The position numbers and the translations under genes are program-made. A stretch of 63,648 nucleotides of DNA, the filler included, from Octopus bimaculoides (lineage: Eukaryota): NCBI RefSeq assembly GCF_001194135.2. It is 3 parts of 3 records of this genome, joined end to end, with 100 filler letters (N's around TTAATTAATTAA, not from the genome) between each part and the next. Parts side by side here need not be neighbours in the genome. Positions count along the whole stretch, not along the records: positions 32,936 to 63,648 come from NC_068989.1; 2 more parts are not named here. One strand, written 5' to 3'. The notes under the pieces were generated by a model that was not told the origin of the DNA, did no database searches, and saw only the letters and a list, made by a program, of their open reading frames with translations. Positions 39,640 through 53,029 of this stretch are shown here, in pieces. Every line of letters begins with the position of its first letter. Position 1 is the first letter of the stretch.

Positions 39640-41869
39640 ATATAAAGAGAGAGAGAGAGAGAGTTATGTTTTACAGTTGGAGTGTTCACTGAGTTTGCTT
39701 TACTATAATGAAAAGGAACTAACCGCATTTCTTATATTCTTTTTTGTTTTTTGAAATGTCATGCATGAGTGTTGTAAAGTGGAGGTTGTTTTTAAGTTAC
39801 CAGTTAATGCTTCATCAGACAGACCTAGTAGGACAGCAGTGACACAGAGAGGTCAAATTACTCAACTATCGTCAACCGCATCTTCATCTTATTAAGAAAC
39901 ATGTCCATTCAGCCCACTCTCCCATAAAGAAGAAACAATATATATGTTTCATTTTATGCCTGGTCCCATGTTTACCCAGACTTGCTAAAACCTGAAGCGA
40001 TTATATAAATCAACGTTTATATTTTAACGTTCATATATTTCGTACGTGCGTCCATCCATCCATACATACATACGAAACGAATACATTCTTTTAAAGATTC
40101 AAGGCAATATGAAAAAATAGAATGATTGAGAATAAACAAGTTAACAAAATTATTATAAAAAAATGACTAAGTCTAGCGACCGACTTCTGGTACACAGAGT
40201 TTGTTGGTTAATCTTCATAATTAGGTCTTTAGAGGAGGAGACTGACCAATGCATCTACACACACATATACATAACTTTGTCCAGTCTATATCAATATCTC
40301 CTGAACAAGATATTTTATTTTGTACTATCGAAATGCATAATGGAGATAGAATGGACATGGAATTTAGTGATGTTCGTGCATTTCCAAAGGTGCATGAACA
40401 ACAACAACAACAAAATGGCAACAATTCTGGTAATTCGAAATATATGATGCAGGTTCATTCCACCAAAAACTACTGCATCACAGCATTTCACTGTACTTCT
40501 TTCTAGATACATACACCTTGGAAAATAAACATAAGCCCACATAGTAAACGTCTTTAATAAGACATAAGATTTGGGTGCGGGATATGAAACAAGTCGATGG
40601 AGAAAAATGAAGTTACGATGTTCATATATGTTTTCGCGTAGAGCAGTGTCTATAAATCGGTATTCGATCTACATTCGAAACCGGGTTCTCGTGAGGAACT
40701 TCTATAGGTACATTAAGACCTGCAACCCTACAACAAGCACCGCCAACACATTGCAATTAGTGTCACTGCCCTTGATGCCAGCAACATACACCTACTGAAA
40801 TACATTAGCACTCATATGCATACATACAAAAAACAACCAAACACATACATACATGTGTATGTGTGTACATATAGACATCAATAAACAGACATCAAAATAA
40901 AATAATGATATAACGAATGCAGTAAATTCAAGAGCGTATACACAATTAATTGTGCATGTATACTGGTTGGTGCGTGTGTATAACCTACAATTATATATAC
41001 ACATATAAACCTACAATTAGCATCACCTAAAATGCAATTATGGAAATATCATCCTGTCACGTAGAAAATATCATTGTAGAGAGAGAGAGAGGAAGAAACA
41101 CACAATATATATGAATGTGTGTGTTGTACGATATTGTGGGTAGGTGGGAGAAAGTTGTTGCGATAAAAAAACATTTAGGAAAATATGCGAGCAACGATTA
41201 ACATTAAAGAAAGTATGTAAATGTTTCACACAAAACACACACGCAAACATGCAATGAAATTTGTTCAGTGGTTTTTATCATAGAATAACATTAAGACATG
41301 CAAAAAAAAAGTTTCTATTTCCATCACAGAGACGGAGTAACAACTTTCTAAATTTCATGAGAGAAAGGGAGATAGAGGGAGAGAAAGGAGAGATGATGTA
41401 GCGGTGGTGGGAGGGGACACAAGAACATGAGCAAACGATGAGACAAGTGGTTAAATTGCCAGACTAGATGGAGAAGATATAGCTGACATCTCATCTCCAT
41501 TATTGGTTTCGCTTTATTTTCTTTCAGGGAAATATATTGTTATAAACAGAGAGAGAGAGAGAGTGAGAAAGAGGTAAAGTGAAAATATGTGAAGCATGAA
41601 ATATATTCTCCACCCACAGTAAGAACTTAGTTTACACAAGTCAATTAAGGGTGGTAGCAGATAGTAAGTGTGTGTGTGTGTTTGGTTTATGTAGGTATGT
41701 ATCCAGGATAAGTGTCTACCAGGGGAGTTGCCTGTTTGTGTAGGCGGAAGAAAAAATAAATAAATAAAACGAAGTCAGTTCACTTTCGCTCTGCTTGTTT
41801 CCTTTTTCGTTACGTCTGCAATTATGATCCGACAGAGAAAGTACAAAAATTGTCCATTCAACTCCTCGA

Positions 41870-42070
41870 TTAGGGCAGCAACTCAGCACACTCGTTAGAA
41901 CGCTGGGTAAAATATACCTTGCGACATTTCTTCCGGATCTTTACCTTCTGAGTTCGAAGTCCTTCTATCCTTTTGTGGTCGATAAAAATAAATTATCACT
42001 CAAGTTCTGAGGATGATGGTACAGACTAACCACTTCTCTAAAATTTCAGGCCTTGTGCTTGTGTTAGAAA
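41870..42070 (+). mobile_element. SINE family A, diverged
   Basis: TTCTGAGTTCGAA...ATCCTTTTGTGGTCGATAAAATAA...AAATTTCAGGCCTTGTGC. Confidence 0.6.
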
Positions 42071-43147
42071 TAATTATTAAGTGTCACACTCACGGCAGAA
42101 GATATATTCCTCGTAAAGATTGTTCCATATTTGTTGGTTTATAGGTGACATAAAACATACAACGTTTTTCTGTTAAAATTGATATATTTCTTAGGGCATA
42201 GTTAAAACGAAACCTGTGCTCATTTTCGAGACACCCTGCGCAATAAAATAACTAATTAGACTAAAAGCATCCCAGTCGCAATTTTTGTTCAAAACTGAAT
42301 CATTTATTGGAATTTATATCCAAAGAATTTAAAGTTTTCTTTCAGAAATATGTAGTCGAATCACACACACACACTGTCATTATTTACATACACATACTTA
42401 AAGATCAACACCGCGACCACAAATATATACAAAATCATATGCAATAATAGTATGATAAACCATTCACCTAAGCGCAAAAAAAAAAATATCCGTAAACTAA
42501 AAAATATCATGCCATAAATTCAAGCATGCACGTTGAACCAGTCTAATATATACACAGTAACAAACCAGATAAGCCATAGAGATCAACTGCAACCCACACA
42601 ACGTGGGGGTCCTTAAGCAATCAAAAACCAAAGAGGAAGACTCTTGCTGGTCGCTAAAACTGCTAAAAATAGCAACAATATCTGCTTCAAATCAAACCCT
42701 TAACATCTTAATAACGCGCACACACATGCACAAAACGGTTTGATACATTGGATAATGTAGTCCTAGACAGACTACAGCTAAAGAAAAAAAGATGGATTGG
42801 TCATGCAAGGAACATTTTTAATCATGGGTCTGTCTGCTTCAACAAAGCTGACCTGAGGTTCGACAACGAGACAATGATAGAATTAATGGTTATGGAGGGG
42901 TTTGTGTGTAGAGAGAGATCATCGTTTGAATAAATCAAAATTGATAATAATTTGCAAAGGGGGAAAGTGTAAGATCAAATACAGCTGCAGGAAAACATTT
43001 TTGAAAAACTGTGTTTACATATATTTTCATAAACAACTATTTTCGCACCATTAAATCAGCTTCTAATTTAAACTTTCGTCCCTAGCAACAAAAAACGTAA
43101 CCATATATGCATACACCCATATATATTATGTGTGTGTGTGTGCGTGT

Positions 43148-43214
<67 letters not shown>

Positions 43215-44627
43215 TCTAAGTATAAATATTTCGGATTTATGATTTAACGACGCTATATATTTATTTATACATACACACACTTGAATGTATGCATATATAT
43301 GTGTGTGTGTGAGTGTGTATGTATTGATTTGTGACTGAGACAAAGACTTGGATTTAAAAGGACACGGAAATGACGGTGTGATGTTCATGCCTTTTCGATG
43401 CATGAACATCATATGATATATTCTTACACGCAAAAATCTCAGACTTTAATCTTAATTGAAAGCTTTTAAATAAATTGCAATGGACACATACACGCATATA
43501 TAAACGTGTAAAATGTATGTGTATGCATGTATGTTTGTCTCACAAGACAGTGCAATAAATTAAAAGTTGTACAGCCCTAGGTCAACCCGACTTGAGTAGA
43601 TTATGATGAAAGGTATCACAGCCCGTGACCATCCCGAAAGTGTCTGCAGGATGTCGACACCTAGTGTGCTTCCCCGATAAGACGCTATGGTGTAATTTGA
43701 GGGAAATGTGGCTGCTGTTTCTCGCAGGTCCAGTGACAACATAGAGGTTCTTTCATTGGTTCGAGATTAAAAAGCAGAATTCTGTTACCAGGTTTCGTTT
43801 CTCGATTTTTAGCGTTTTATTTCAATTTCTACTCGCATCATTCGTGCTTTTGAAGAAGAAAGCATGAATGACACAGCCTCTTCGTTAACTATTCAGTAAA
43901 TAAAGTCATCGTGTATTTGTATACAAAACTGAAAATCATTTACCAGTTATTAAATACGTGTTAAATATTGTTTAGCGTGAAACTAGCATCGAAAGAAGGC
44001 TCCGAGGACATTCGTTATGTGTGATGTTTGTGTTGACCGAGGGTCGTGGACAATGTAGCTGAAATGAATTATCAAACCAGGAATCGAAACCACTCTAGAG
44101 ACTCAAATCATACTGGGGTCTACCTTTATTCTACGCCGTTCGTTTAGATGTTGCTAAGCTGAAAAATCACCACCTGATTTTGCAGAAACTAAAATCAAAG
44201 GCGTTTGAGCATCTTATTTTCAAACAAAACGTATTTTGAGTACACTATATTATCTAACGCGGCTGTTTTCTGTTGTTATTCTTTAAGATGATGGGAGAGG
44301 ATTTGAGGGAGACTTAGTTGATATATCAAACAGGTCAAGTAACCAAATAAAGGCACACTATCTTTGTTATTGCTGTAGGCTAGCATCAGGTCAACCCTGA
44401 AGCAGACCAATGGTGAAAAGCTTTCCAGCCATGAGCATCCCATTTCTCTTAAGGTACAGTGTAAGACATTATCCAATGTGATCTTACTTTCTTTTTTAAC
44501 ACAGAAGGATAGGATTTAACAGACATTTTGCTGTTGTTTCTAGCATGTCAAGCGACTAAATAGAGACACCCTTGTTCATTTAGATGTTTAAGGGTCGAAA
44601 AAAAGTTATAAAAAATATAGTACTCAC

Positions 44628-44783
44628 CACATAGAGTAGAGTGTAAAGGAACAACCAAAGTTTGTTGCAGCTATAGGCAGTGTTTGCACACAGAGGTTTG
44701 CAGGGGTGCTTCATAAGATGCGGGTTACGGTGTTTCTCTGCCTCGAGCATCTTCTGCTGGGCTGTGTCCTGATTAGGCGCCAT
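44628..44783 (-). CDS. Probable tetraspanin (TSPAN15/TspanC8-like) first coding exon, 52 codons, phase-0 donor
   Basis: MAPNQ...LCANTAYSCNKLWLFLYTLLYV aligns without gaps to my recollection of human TSPAN15 [22 protein letters not shown]. It ends at a strong donor G|GTGAGTA at the conserved tetraspanin intron-1 position in TM1. The ATG has G at -3 and +4, and an in-frame TGA with 8 codons between it and the ATG. Confidence 0.62.
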
Positions 44784-45080
44784 AACTTTTGGACTTTTGG
44801 CAAGGTTTCACCCTTTTTTTAACAGATCTAATGTGATATTGTTATTATTGTTCTTGTCCGTGTTATTAAACCTGAGTGAAGCGTGGTTTTTCTTTTGTAT
44901 GTGGGGGAAGCTGTAGATAAAAGTATTAGCGATAATTTGTTTGTCGAACTGTTGATGACAGTAGTTAGGATAAATGAAAGAGTGATAGACAGAGGGAATT
45001 AGAGAGTGGAAGGTAAACAAAAAGTGGTGGGAACAGATAGAAAGATAGACAGAAAGACAAAGAGAGAGGGAATAGAAAGG

Positions 45081-45212
45081 CGAGTGCGATAGTAACTATG
45101 TGGCTTGGTGGAGCCGACTTGGGCTGTTTCTGACGTCACAGCCAACCATGGTCACGTGGGCGCCGCACTATGAGGTTACCGACTTGCGCATTGAACACCC
45201 ACATTGCCTCGT
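45081..45212 (-). promoter_or_regulatory. Candidate promoter: CpG-rich patch with CRE and E-box
   Basis: TGACGTCA at 45131-45138, CACGTG at 45153-45158, TGCGCA at 45185-45190. About 10 CpG in 130 bp, about 300 bp upstream of the tetraspanin ATG. Confidence 0.55.
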
Positions 45213-47039
45213 CTCATGTACATTCTATTTTCGCTCTCTTTTCGTCATCTTGTTCACACAATATATATATTGAGAGAGAGAGAGTGAGATAGATAGATGC
45301 ACACATTTGCATGTATGTGTATGCATGCATATTTTTTACATACATATAAATAAATTTAATTGTATGTGGGTGTATGTATAACTGGGCATGTGCAAAATAT
45401 AAAAGATATAAATGCATACAAAGGAACATGCAAATATGTGCACATAAACACAATGTTTAGGTATACATAATATATTTATACATGAACCATTATCACAATT
45501 AGTATCATCATTATGATACATGGTGCATGAACATATCTCATCATCATAATCGTCATTATCACCATTCAATGTCTGTTTTCCATGCAGTTGTACAGTTTGA
45601 CAGGATCCGAAGAGCCAGAGGACGATATTGAGCTTCAATGTCTGCTTTGGCATGGCTTCTATGGCCAGATACCCCTTCTAGTGCCAACCACTTTACAGAC
45701 TACACTGTTTACTTTTCTGATGACAATAGCACCAGTGAGGTTACCAAGTAACTCACAAGAGAGAAGAAAAATTATTTATTAGTGACAGAGGTAGCATTAA
45801 TACTGAGAGGTAATATTTATCTCCACTTAAATGTGGGTGTTCTATTAGAGCAAAATATACTGAGGTAATTACCATGAATGAAACTTTCATATTGGCTTTT
45901 GCTGCAGGAATTTATCTCCCTGCTGGCAATATAAACAAGAGTGCATTTTGCACCCAAAGCCATTATGAGAGTGTTCTCTCATGGTAACTACTGCAGTATA
46001 GTTTGTTCTGACAGAACATATACTTTTAAGTAGGAATGAGATGTAAAAAAAAAAGAAGAAAAATTCTCTCAACTGAGTGGGCTTGTTGTAGATAGTGAAG
46101 TGGCTTTCAGCTTGGTGTTGAGAGGTTGAAGTACGCTGAGGGGATAGGTACGGGTATCTTGCCATAGAGGAGATATATGGCTACTCCACATATAAAGGGA
46201 GATGGGAGTAACTGGAAAGAAGATAAGATGGTAACAATGAAATGTCAGAGCATACGCTCAAGGTACAAGAAACTGAGTATAAGAGAGAATACGGACAGAG
46301 GTTTGCTAAGGGTGGGTGAGTAAGTTTGTGAGAATATAAGAGAAGAGTAACACATGGTTAGAGATAGAAGTAAAGGTGAATGCAAGAAATGATGAACAAG
46401 GCTGAAGGGGAGGTGAATGATAAATATTAGTATGGTGGGTGGAGGAAGGGGAAAAAATTAGGAGTGGTTCAAAAAGGAGGAGGTTATAAGTGGCAGTAGA
46501 AGAAGGGTGGAAAGTAGCAGTATAATAACACTGTAGATAGATAAGAAAAAGAGAGATGATGTGCAGGGTAGGAGAGTAGGGAGAAAGCAAAAGATGTGCA
46601 GGTACAGAGATGGAGGATAGCGGTATGAAAGGTTGGTTATAAAGAGTGAGGGTTAAAGGGGTGTATTGATAGCAGATATGACAGGGTAGTGAAGATGAGG
46701 TGTGACAATCTTTAAATGTAGCTCAGTGGGGATGGATAGAAAAACTGGAGGCACAGAAGTGGGTGATTAATGGAAAATAAAGTGGGAAGGGATGATACTG
46801 AGAATGAGAGATTGATGTTAAAAGGAAGCAGTTTCAGAAAGAAAGGGGGCAGTAACTGGTAACACCAAAGGGGAAGAAATATGTGCAGATTTTGCTCTCA
46901 TATGGTTACAACAGTTGAATAGTACTGTACTTAGAAGAGTGATGGAGGGACAGATGTTAGGCAGATAGGAAGTAGAGAAGGCTTGACAGAGAAACATTAG
47001 GTGCAGGGTGTACAACCATAAGCGTAATGAGAGCACAGT

Positions 47040-47400
47040 GAGTGTACAGACATAAACATAATGCTTTTAAGATTTTAAGACCTCCTTTTCACTATGACAG
47101 ATAGGTCTTCTTGAGTTCAACAAATTGCCAGTCATTTCAGTCCTTTGTCATCTTCTCCATGAGGCTCACCATCCTGATATCAGCCTTCATTACATCATAT
47201 CATCTTGGATTCCCTCTACTACAAAGTCCATCCACCTTAAGTGATTAGCATTTCTTCATTGAGTTGACTTCATTCACCACAAGATTATACTAGCACAGTT
47301 TTCTCTCTTGCACACATTAGGTTCCTTTTATGCCCAATTTTTCTTGCAACACATTTGCACTTTGCTGTACATGCACTGATATTGCATGACACAAGGGTAG
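47040..47400 (-). mobile_element. Old RTE-clade LINE 3' fragment
   Basis: Decayed similarity to 35420-35800. Confidence 0.45.
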
Positions 47401-47572
47401 TTAGTATTTAGAAGCTGAATTTTCTTTTTGTATCCTACCAAGTCTACATTTGCTCCCCTCCTCACCTTGCATCATTGAACCTTCCTCTCATCTACCTATT
47501 GCTCACTACCTTTTCCCCATCTCCTTATCACTTATAGCCCCCTCCATCATCTCCTCCATATGAGCTGACCAC

Positions 47573-47766
47573 CAGTGGCATATGGTGGTTGTTGTATTGG
47601 GTGTGCTGCCACACCCAATACCATCAAATTTCAAGCAGGGTTAGAGCAAAAGTTTTCCATTAAGATTTGTGATTAAATTAGGGAGTAAGGTTAATATTTA
47701 TAATGAATTTGCTATTTTTGATGGGTGTGCAATGCACACCTAGCACACCCAAGATACATGCCCCTG
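47573..47766. mobile_element. hAT-type MITE (194 bp) with perfect 8-bp TSD
   Basis: Ends are CAGTGGCAT... and ...ATGCCCCTG, flanked by CTGACCAC at 47565-47572 and 47767-47774. Subterminal GGGTGTGC/GCACACCC motifs. Confidence 0.85.
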
Positions 47767-48039
47767 CTGACCACATCATCTTCATCACTCTGATTCGCCC
47801 CTCTTGCTCTTCACTAGACCAGTATACAGATACAACACCAATTTTCTGAAAACTTTGGTTCCAAAGCCAAACTGGATTACTGGTTTTCCTGAACCAAGNN
47901 NNNNNNNNNNNNNNNNNNNNNNNNNNNNNNNNNNNNNNNNNNNNNNNNNNNNNNNNNNNNNNNNNNNNNNNNNNNNNNNNNNNNNGGGGGGGGGGGGGGA
48001 TGTCAGCTTGATCAACACATTCTAAAGTAAACAAATACT

Positions 48040-48360
48040 GATTTCAAATTTTGGTGCAAGGCCAGTAACTTTGGGAGAGGGGATAAGTTGATATCATTGA
48101 CCCTAGCACTCAACTGGTACTTATTTTATCGACCCCGAAAGGATTTTTTTTTTCTACTCTTGGCACAAAACCCGAAATTTTTGGGAAGGGTGCCAGTTGA
48201 TTAGATCAACCTCAGTATGCAACTGGTACTTAATTTATTGCTCCTGAAAGGATGAACAGCAAAGTCAACCACAGCAGAATTTGAACTCAGAATGTAAAGA
48301 TGGATGAAGTGCCTCTAAACATTTTGTCCGGTGTGTGAACAATTCAATAAGTTCATTGCC
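48040..48360 (-). mobile_element. Two adjacent SINE family A fragments
   Basis: ACTGGTACTTATTTTATCGACCCCGAAAGG occurs twice in diverged form. Core AAAGTCAACCACAGCAGAATTTGAACTCAG. Confidence 0.7.
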
Positions 48361-48410
48361 TTAAAGTAAACAAATATCAAATTTACTTAAATAATTAAAT
48401 TAAATACAGG

Positions 48411-49420
48411 TAGTGGTGGGCACAGTTCCACTAATCTGCTAACAGCTAATTAGTGAAGCTAACTTATCGTTTAGCAGATTAGCGTTTTTGCTAACTTTGG
48501 AAACCATTAGCAGACCAATTAGCTTCTGCTAAATTTAGTTCTACTAACTTTATGTCTGCTAACAAAATTCATATATTTGTTCCTCCCTATTGTGACCATG
48601 TCTCAAAAAGTCTGTCAGGGATGCTATTGGCTGACTACATGTACGTGACAAGACATGATTGGTCAACACAGCTGCTGCTAGCTGAGCAGCATTCTGTAAT
48701 TCTGCAGTTTTGAGTTGTGTTCACTTACAACGTTGTCACTTTACAGACATTCTTACCATGTCAGTGACAGCAGTGTATGTTATCGGCTCATCAAGTTATC
48801 GCTTATCATTATGGAAGGTGAAGGCGTTTTGGTTCAGCCTAAAGATGAAGGGCCTGTTGAGGATTCTGCAATGGTCATTCTTCAGATTGAGAGCCAGGAG
48901 TCTCAGAACTCATGGCCCCATCTGGAGGATTACTTTGTCCTTACATCAAGGGATAAGAGGAACACCAATATCACGTACTTCTGGTGCATCATGTTCCTGC
49001 CCAAAGAGACTACCATCAAGGGACAAGTGGCAAGCCTCTACAACTTGAAGTCACATGTCAAGAGGAAACACCCAGCACATTCCATTTAATTTGAGGAGAG
49101 GATCAAGGCTGGCTCTTCCTGTGCAAAACACAAACATTCTTATGACAGCAGTGTCAGTAGCCAGTCATCACAGCCATGTGCAAAGAAAGCATGCCAGCCC
49201 AGCATTGGCAAGGCATTTGCCCAAACTGCTGGCACTGGCGTCCGTCAATCTATGGTGGACAGAAGGATTGTAGACCTGTTTGTCAACAAAATGATACTGC
49301 TGCATGTAGTGGAGTCCTCCACCTTGGTTGGCCTATTCAAGACACTGAACCCCAGCAAGATGTCGATGTCCTACTGCTCTCTGGACAGAATGATCTTGGC
49401 CAGCCATAAATAGCTGGAGG
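48411..49420 (+). mobile_element. hAT DNA transposon 5' part with BED zinc finger
   Basis: Terminus TAGTGGTGGGCAC and repeated subterminal GCTAAC/TTAGC motifs. WPHLEDYF...YFWCIMFLPK...LYNLKSHVKRKHP is a BED-type finger with one Cys lost. Confidence 0.75.
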
Positions 49421-50469
49421 AGTATTTTACAAAGTATTAACAAATTAAAATTATACAAGATTATTAAATTATTATTATGATGGCATACTTCATATCTTCT
49501 TAATTTAATTATATAATTATTTATTAAATAATAATTTTCTTAATTAACGTAATAAAATGTATAATAGCTAATTGAAATAAATGTCATAATAAATAATATA
49601 TGGTGTATATATATATACACATATATATTCCATTCATGATTAAATCTGCTCAGCTAAAACAGCAGTCTTTAATGAAATAATGAATAAACGAACCTCAAGT
49701 TCTGAACTTATCAAATTCCAATCATCATTCCATCCCTTATCTCAGTTATTCACCCCCACCCCCAACATGTCACCTATCAGGGTAGTGTCACTATTTTCAA
49801 AAGTTTAATAACAAGGCTTTAAATTATAAGCAATATTTCCATGAATTTAGAACAGCCTAGTAACAAATGTTAAATAACAATGTGTGATTTGTATAAACAA
49901 AATATGGTTGTAAGATACTGCGATCAAATGTCCTGCCTTCTTCCTACCTGCAAAAATTGTACAAACCAACGTGCTCACAAAAAACCATAGCAGCTTGCGT
50001 GGTGATGCGGATGAAAGGCTAGTTTTTTTTTATTTTTAATAGGCCTTGTTCATACTCTACATCAGTTTATATATAGTGGCAGTGAATTATTTCCTTGTTA
50101 CTTTTAAATTGCTGCTAACCACCTTGATTATTTTATAATTTTCACATTGCCATTTTGTGAGATCAGTCACTGATTTCAATGGCATTTCCATGATATTGAC
50201 AAGATGAGTTTGGCCTCTGCCAGCTGTGATGGAGTGAGCATTACTGATGGGTATTAATTTCCTATGTGAAGTTAGCATGTTAATCTAATGCATCACGCTC
50301 ACAGTGGGAAGAGTTTTCTCCTCTGTCAATACAAAGAGACCATGTGCTTTTGTAGCAAAAGAATCTTTGACTCCTATTTCTAGCAATACTAGTGTCTCAC
50401 TGCATCCTTGTCACTCATAGTGAGGTGAATTATTTCCTTGTTGGTTTTAGATTGCTGCTAGTCACCTTG

Positions 50470-50570
<101 letters not shown>

Positions 50571-50644
50571 CATAATGATAATAATAATAATATAAATAAT
50601 ATAAATAATATATATATGCATATATACATACTTACATCTATACG

Positions 50645-50678
<34 letters not shown>

Positions 50679-50693
50679 TATGTATATGCATAT

Positions 50694-51717
50694 GTGGGTA
50701 CAGGACATCACGAAACATGTACAACAAAAAATACAAAGTACGAGTACATAGAATATGAACTAATTTTTCAAACAACGAAAGACACAAAAGGAAAACAAGA
50801 CAAACAACACAAAAAACGACCCTTCATCAGTTGTTGGCTGTTTTCTTCCCTCGTATTTCGAGCATTTAACAAGATACGCTTTCGATAAAACAGTTTCTCC
50901 TGCAAAGCAAATTAAATAAAATTTGGGATTTTGCGGGGGGTCAAAATTGGTAACACAAACAGGACAGGGAAAACAATCAGGAAAGTGAATGCCACTCATC
51001 CTCTTCCAAGTTAGTTTTATCACAATAATTCTGATGCGCACTCTACTATCTTTTTACTCTTTCGCTTTTCTCTCTTTCTCTCTCTTACTCTTATACCTCC
51101 TCTTCTCCCATTATTCTAACTTATTACTCTTTCGCTTTTTCTCTCTTCCTTTCTTCCCTTCTTCTCCTATTTTTTCTTACTTATCCTATCTCCAATTTTA
51201 TTCTCCTCCTTCACAGTTCTCTGTCTGTCACTCTCTCTCCCACACTCTCCCTCCTTTGCTCACGTGGCTCCCACCTGACCATCGACCATCTGTCTTCTCC
51301 TAACTTGTGTTTCTTTCTTTCTCTCCATTGTCGCTGGAACAAGGAAGACGTGTTCTTGTCTGTCTCCTGTCAAAGCTTGATTTACACGTTCGCCACCACA
51401 ACCACGTTTATGCTTAGCAGCCCTTCCTGTTTGTTTTCACTGTCCTGTTTGTGTTACGAAATTTGACCCTCTGCAAAATCCCAAATTTTGTTTAACTTGC
51501 TTTGTGGGAACAACTGTTTTATTGAAAGCGTATCTTGTTGTTATATGCTCAAAATATGAGAGTAGAAAAACAGCCAACAACTGATGAAGGATCGTTTTTT
51601 GTGTTGTTTGTCTTGGTTTCCATTTGTGTCTTTCATTGTTAAAAAAATAAGTTCATATTCTATGTGCTCGTACTTCGTATTTTTTGTTGTACACGTTTCG
51701 TGATGTCCTGTGCCCAC
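50694..51717. mobile_element. Inverted pair of repeat copies (probable Penelope-like pseudo-LTRs)
   Basis: 50694-50985 is the reverse complement of about 51424-51717, roughly 85-90% identical by eye. Confidence 0.7.
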
Positions 51718-51869
51718 ATATGCATATATATATACATATAGATGTAAGTATATACATATACAGATGTATATATATATATATATATATTATTTATATTATT
51801 ATATGATTGAATGCCATGCATCCTCTTCCGAGTAAGTTTTATCTATCTATCTATCTATTTATCTATCTA

Positions 51870-53029
51870 TCTATCATCATCATCATCATCATTTAACGTC
51901 CGCTTTCCATGCTAGCATGGGTTGGACGATTTGACTGGGGACTGGCGAACCAGATGGCTACACCAGACTCCAATCTGATCTGGCAGAGTTTCTACAGCTG
52001 GATGCCCTTCTTAATGCCAACCACTCCGAGAGTGTAGTGGGTACTTTTTACGTGCCACCGGCATGAGGGCCAGTCCGGCAGTACTGGCAACGGCCACACT
52101 CAAATGGTGTTTTTTATGTGCCACCTGCATAGGAGTCAGTCCAATGCTTTGTTCACATGCCACCGGCACAAGTGCCAGTAAGGTGAAGCTGGAAACAATC
52201 GCGCTCAAGTGGTACTTTTTATGTACCACCAGCATGGGAGTGAGACCGCTGCTCTGGCAGTGATCCTGCACAGATGGTGCTGTTAGCGATCCACTGGCAC
52301 GGGTGCCAGTCATCGAATTTGGTTCTGTTTCGATCTCACTTGCCTCAGCTGGTTTTCGCAAGCTGAGTTTAGTGTCCAATGAAGGAAGGTTGGCATGGGT
52401 GCCAGTCATCGAATTTGGTTCAATTTCGATTTTGATTTCACTTGCCTCAACAGGTCTTCGCAAGCAGAGTTTAGTGTCCAATGAAGGAAAGGTATGGATA
52501 AGTGGGCTGGCTACACACCTGGTAAAGGCCACGGGTTATGGTCTTACTTGTCTTGCCAGGTCTTTTCACACACAGCTATTTCCAAAGGTCTTGGTCACAA
52601 GTCATTGCCTCGGTGAGGCCTAATGTTAGAAGGTCATGCTTCACCACCTCATCCCAGGTCTTCCTGGGTCTACCTCTTTCACAGGTACCCTCAACCGCTA
52701 GGCTGTGGCACTTTTCCACACAACTATCCTTATCCATTCTCGCCAAATGACCATACCAGCGCTATTGTCTCTCTTGCACACCACATCTGATGCTTCTTAG
52801 GTCCAACTTTTCTCTCAAGGTGTTTACACTCTGTCTTGTATGCACACTGACATTACACATCCATTGGAGCATATTTCACTGCCATGTAGCATGGCTGTTC
52901 ATACACATGCATCATACAGTCTGCCTTTTATTCTGAGCGAGAGGCCCTTTGTCACCACAGAGGTAAGAGCTCTCTGAACTTTGCCCAGGCTATTCTTATT
53001 CTAGCAGCTACACTTTTAGTGCACCTTCC
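51870..53029 (-). mobile_element. RTE-clade LINE 3' end with tandemly repeated 3' UTR and (ATG)n tail
   Basis: ARIRIAWAKFRELLPL. ORF end homologous to 35475-35696. About 100-bp duplication at 52298-52495. Confidence 0.88.

Noticed and set aside
40315-40800. Minus-strand ALRENIY and KCC words, and plus-strand polyQ ORF 40249-40506
   Set aside because: Two in-frame stops precede ALREN, there is no GCxG or CCG context, and splice sites are unconvincing.
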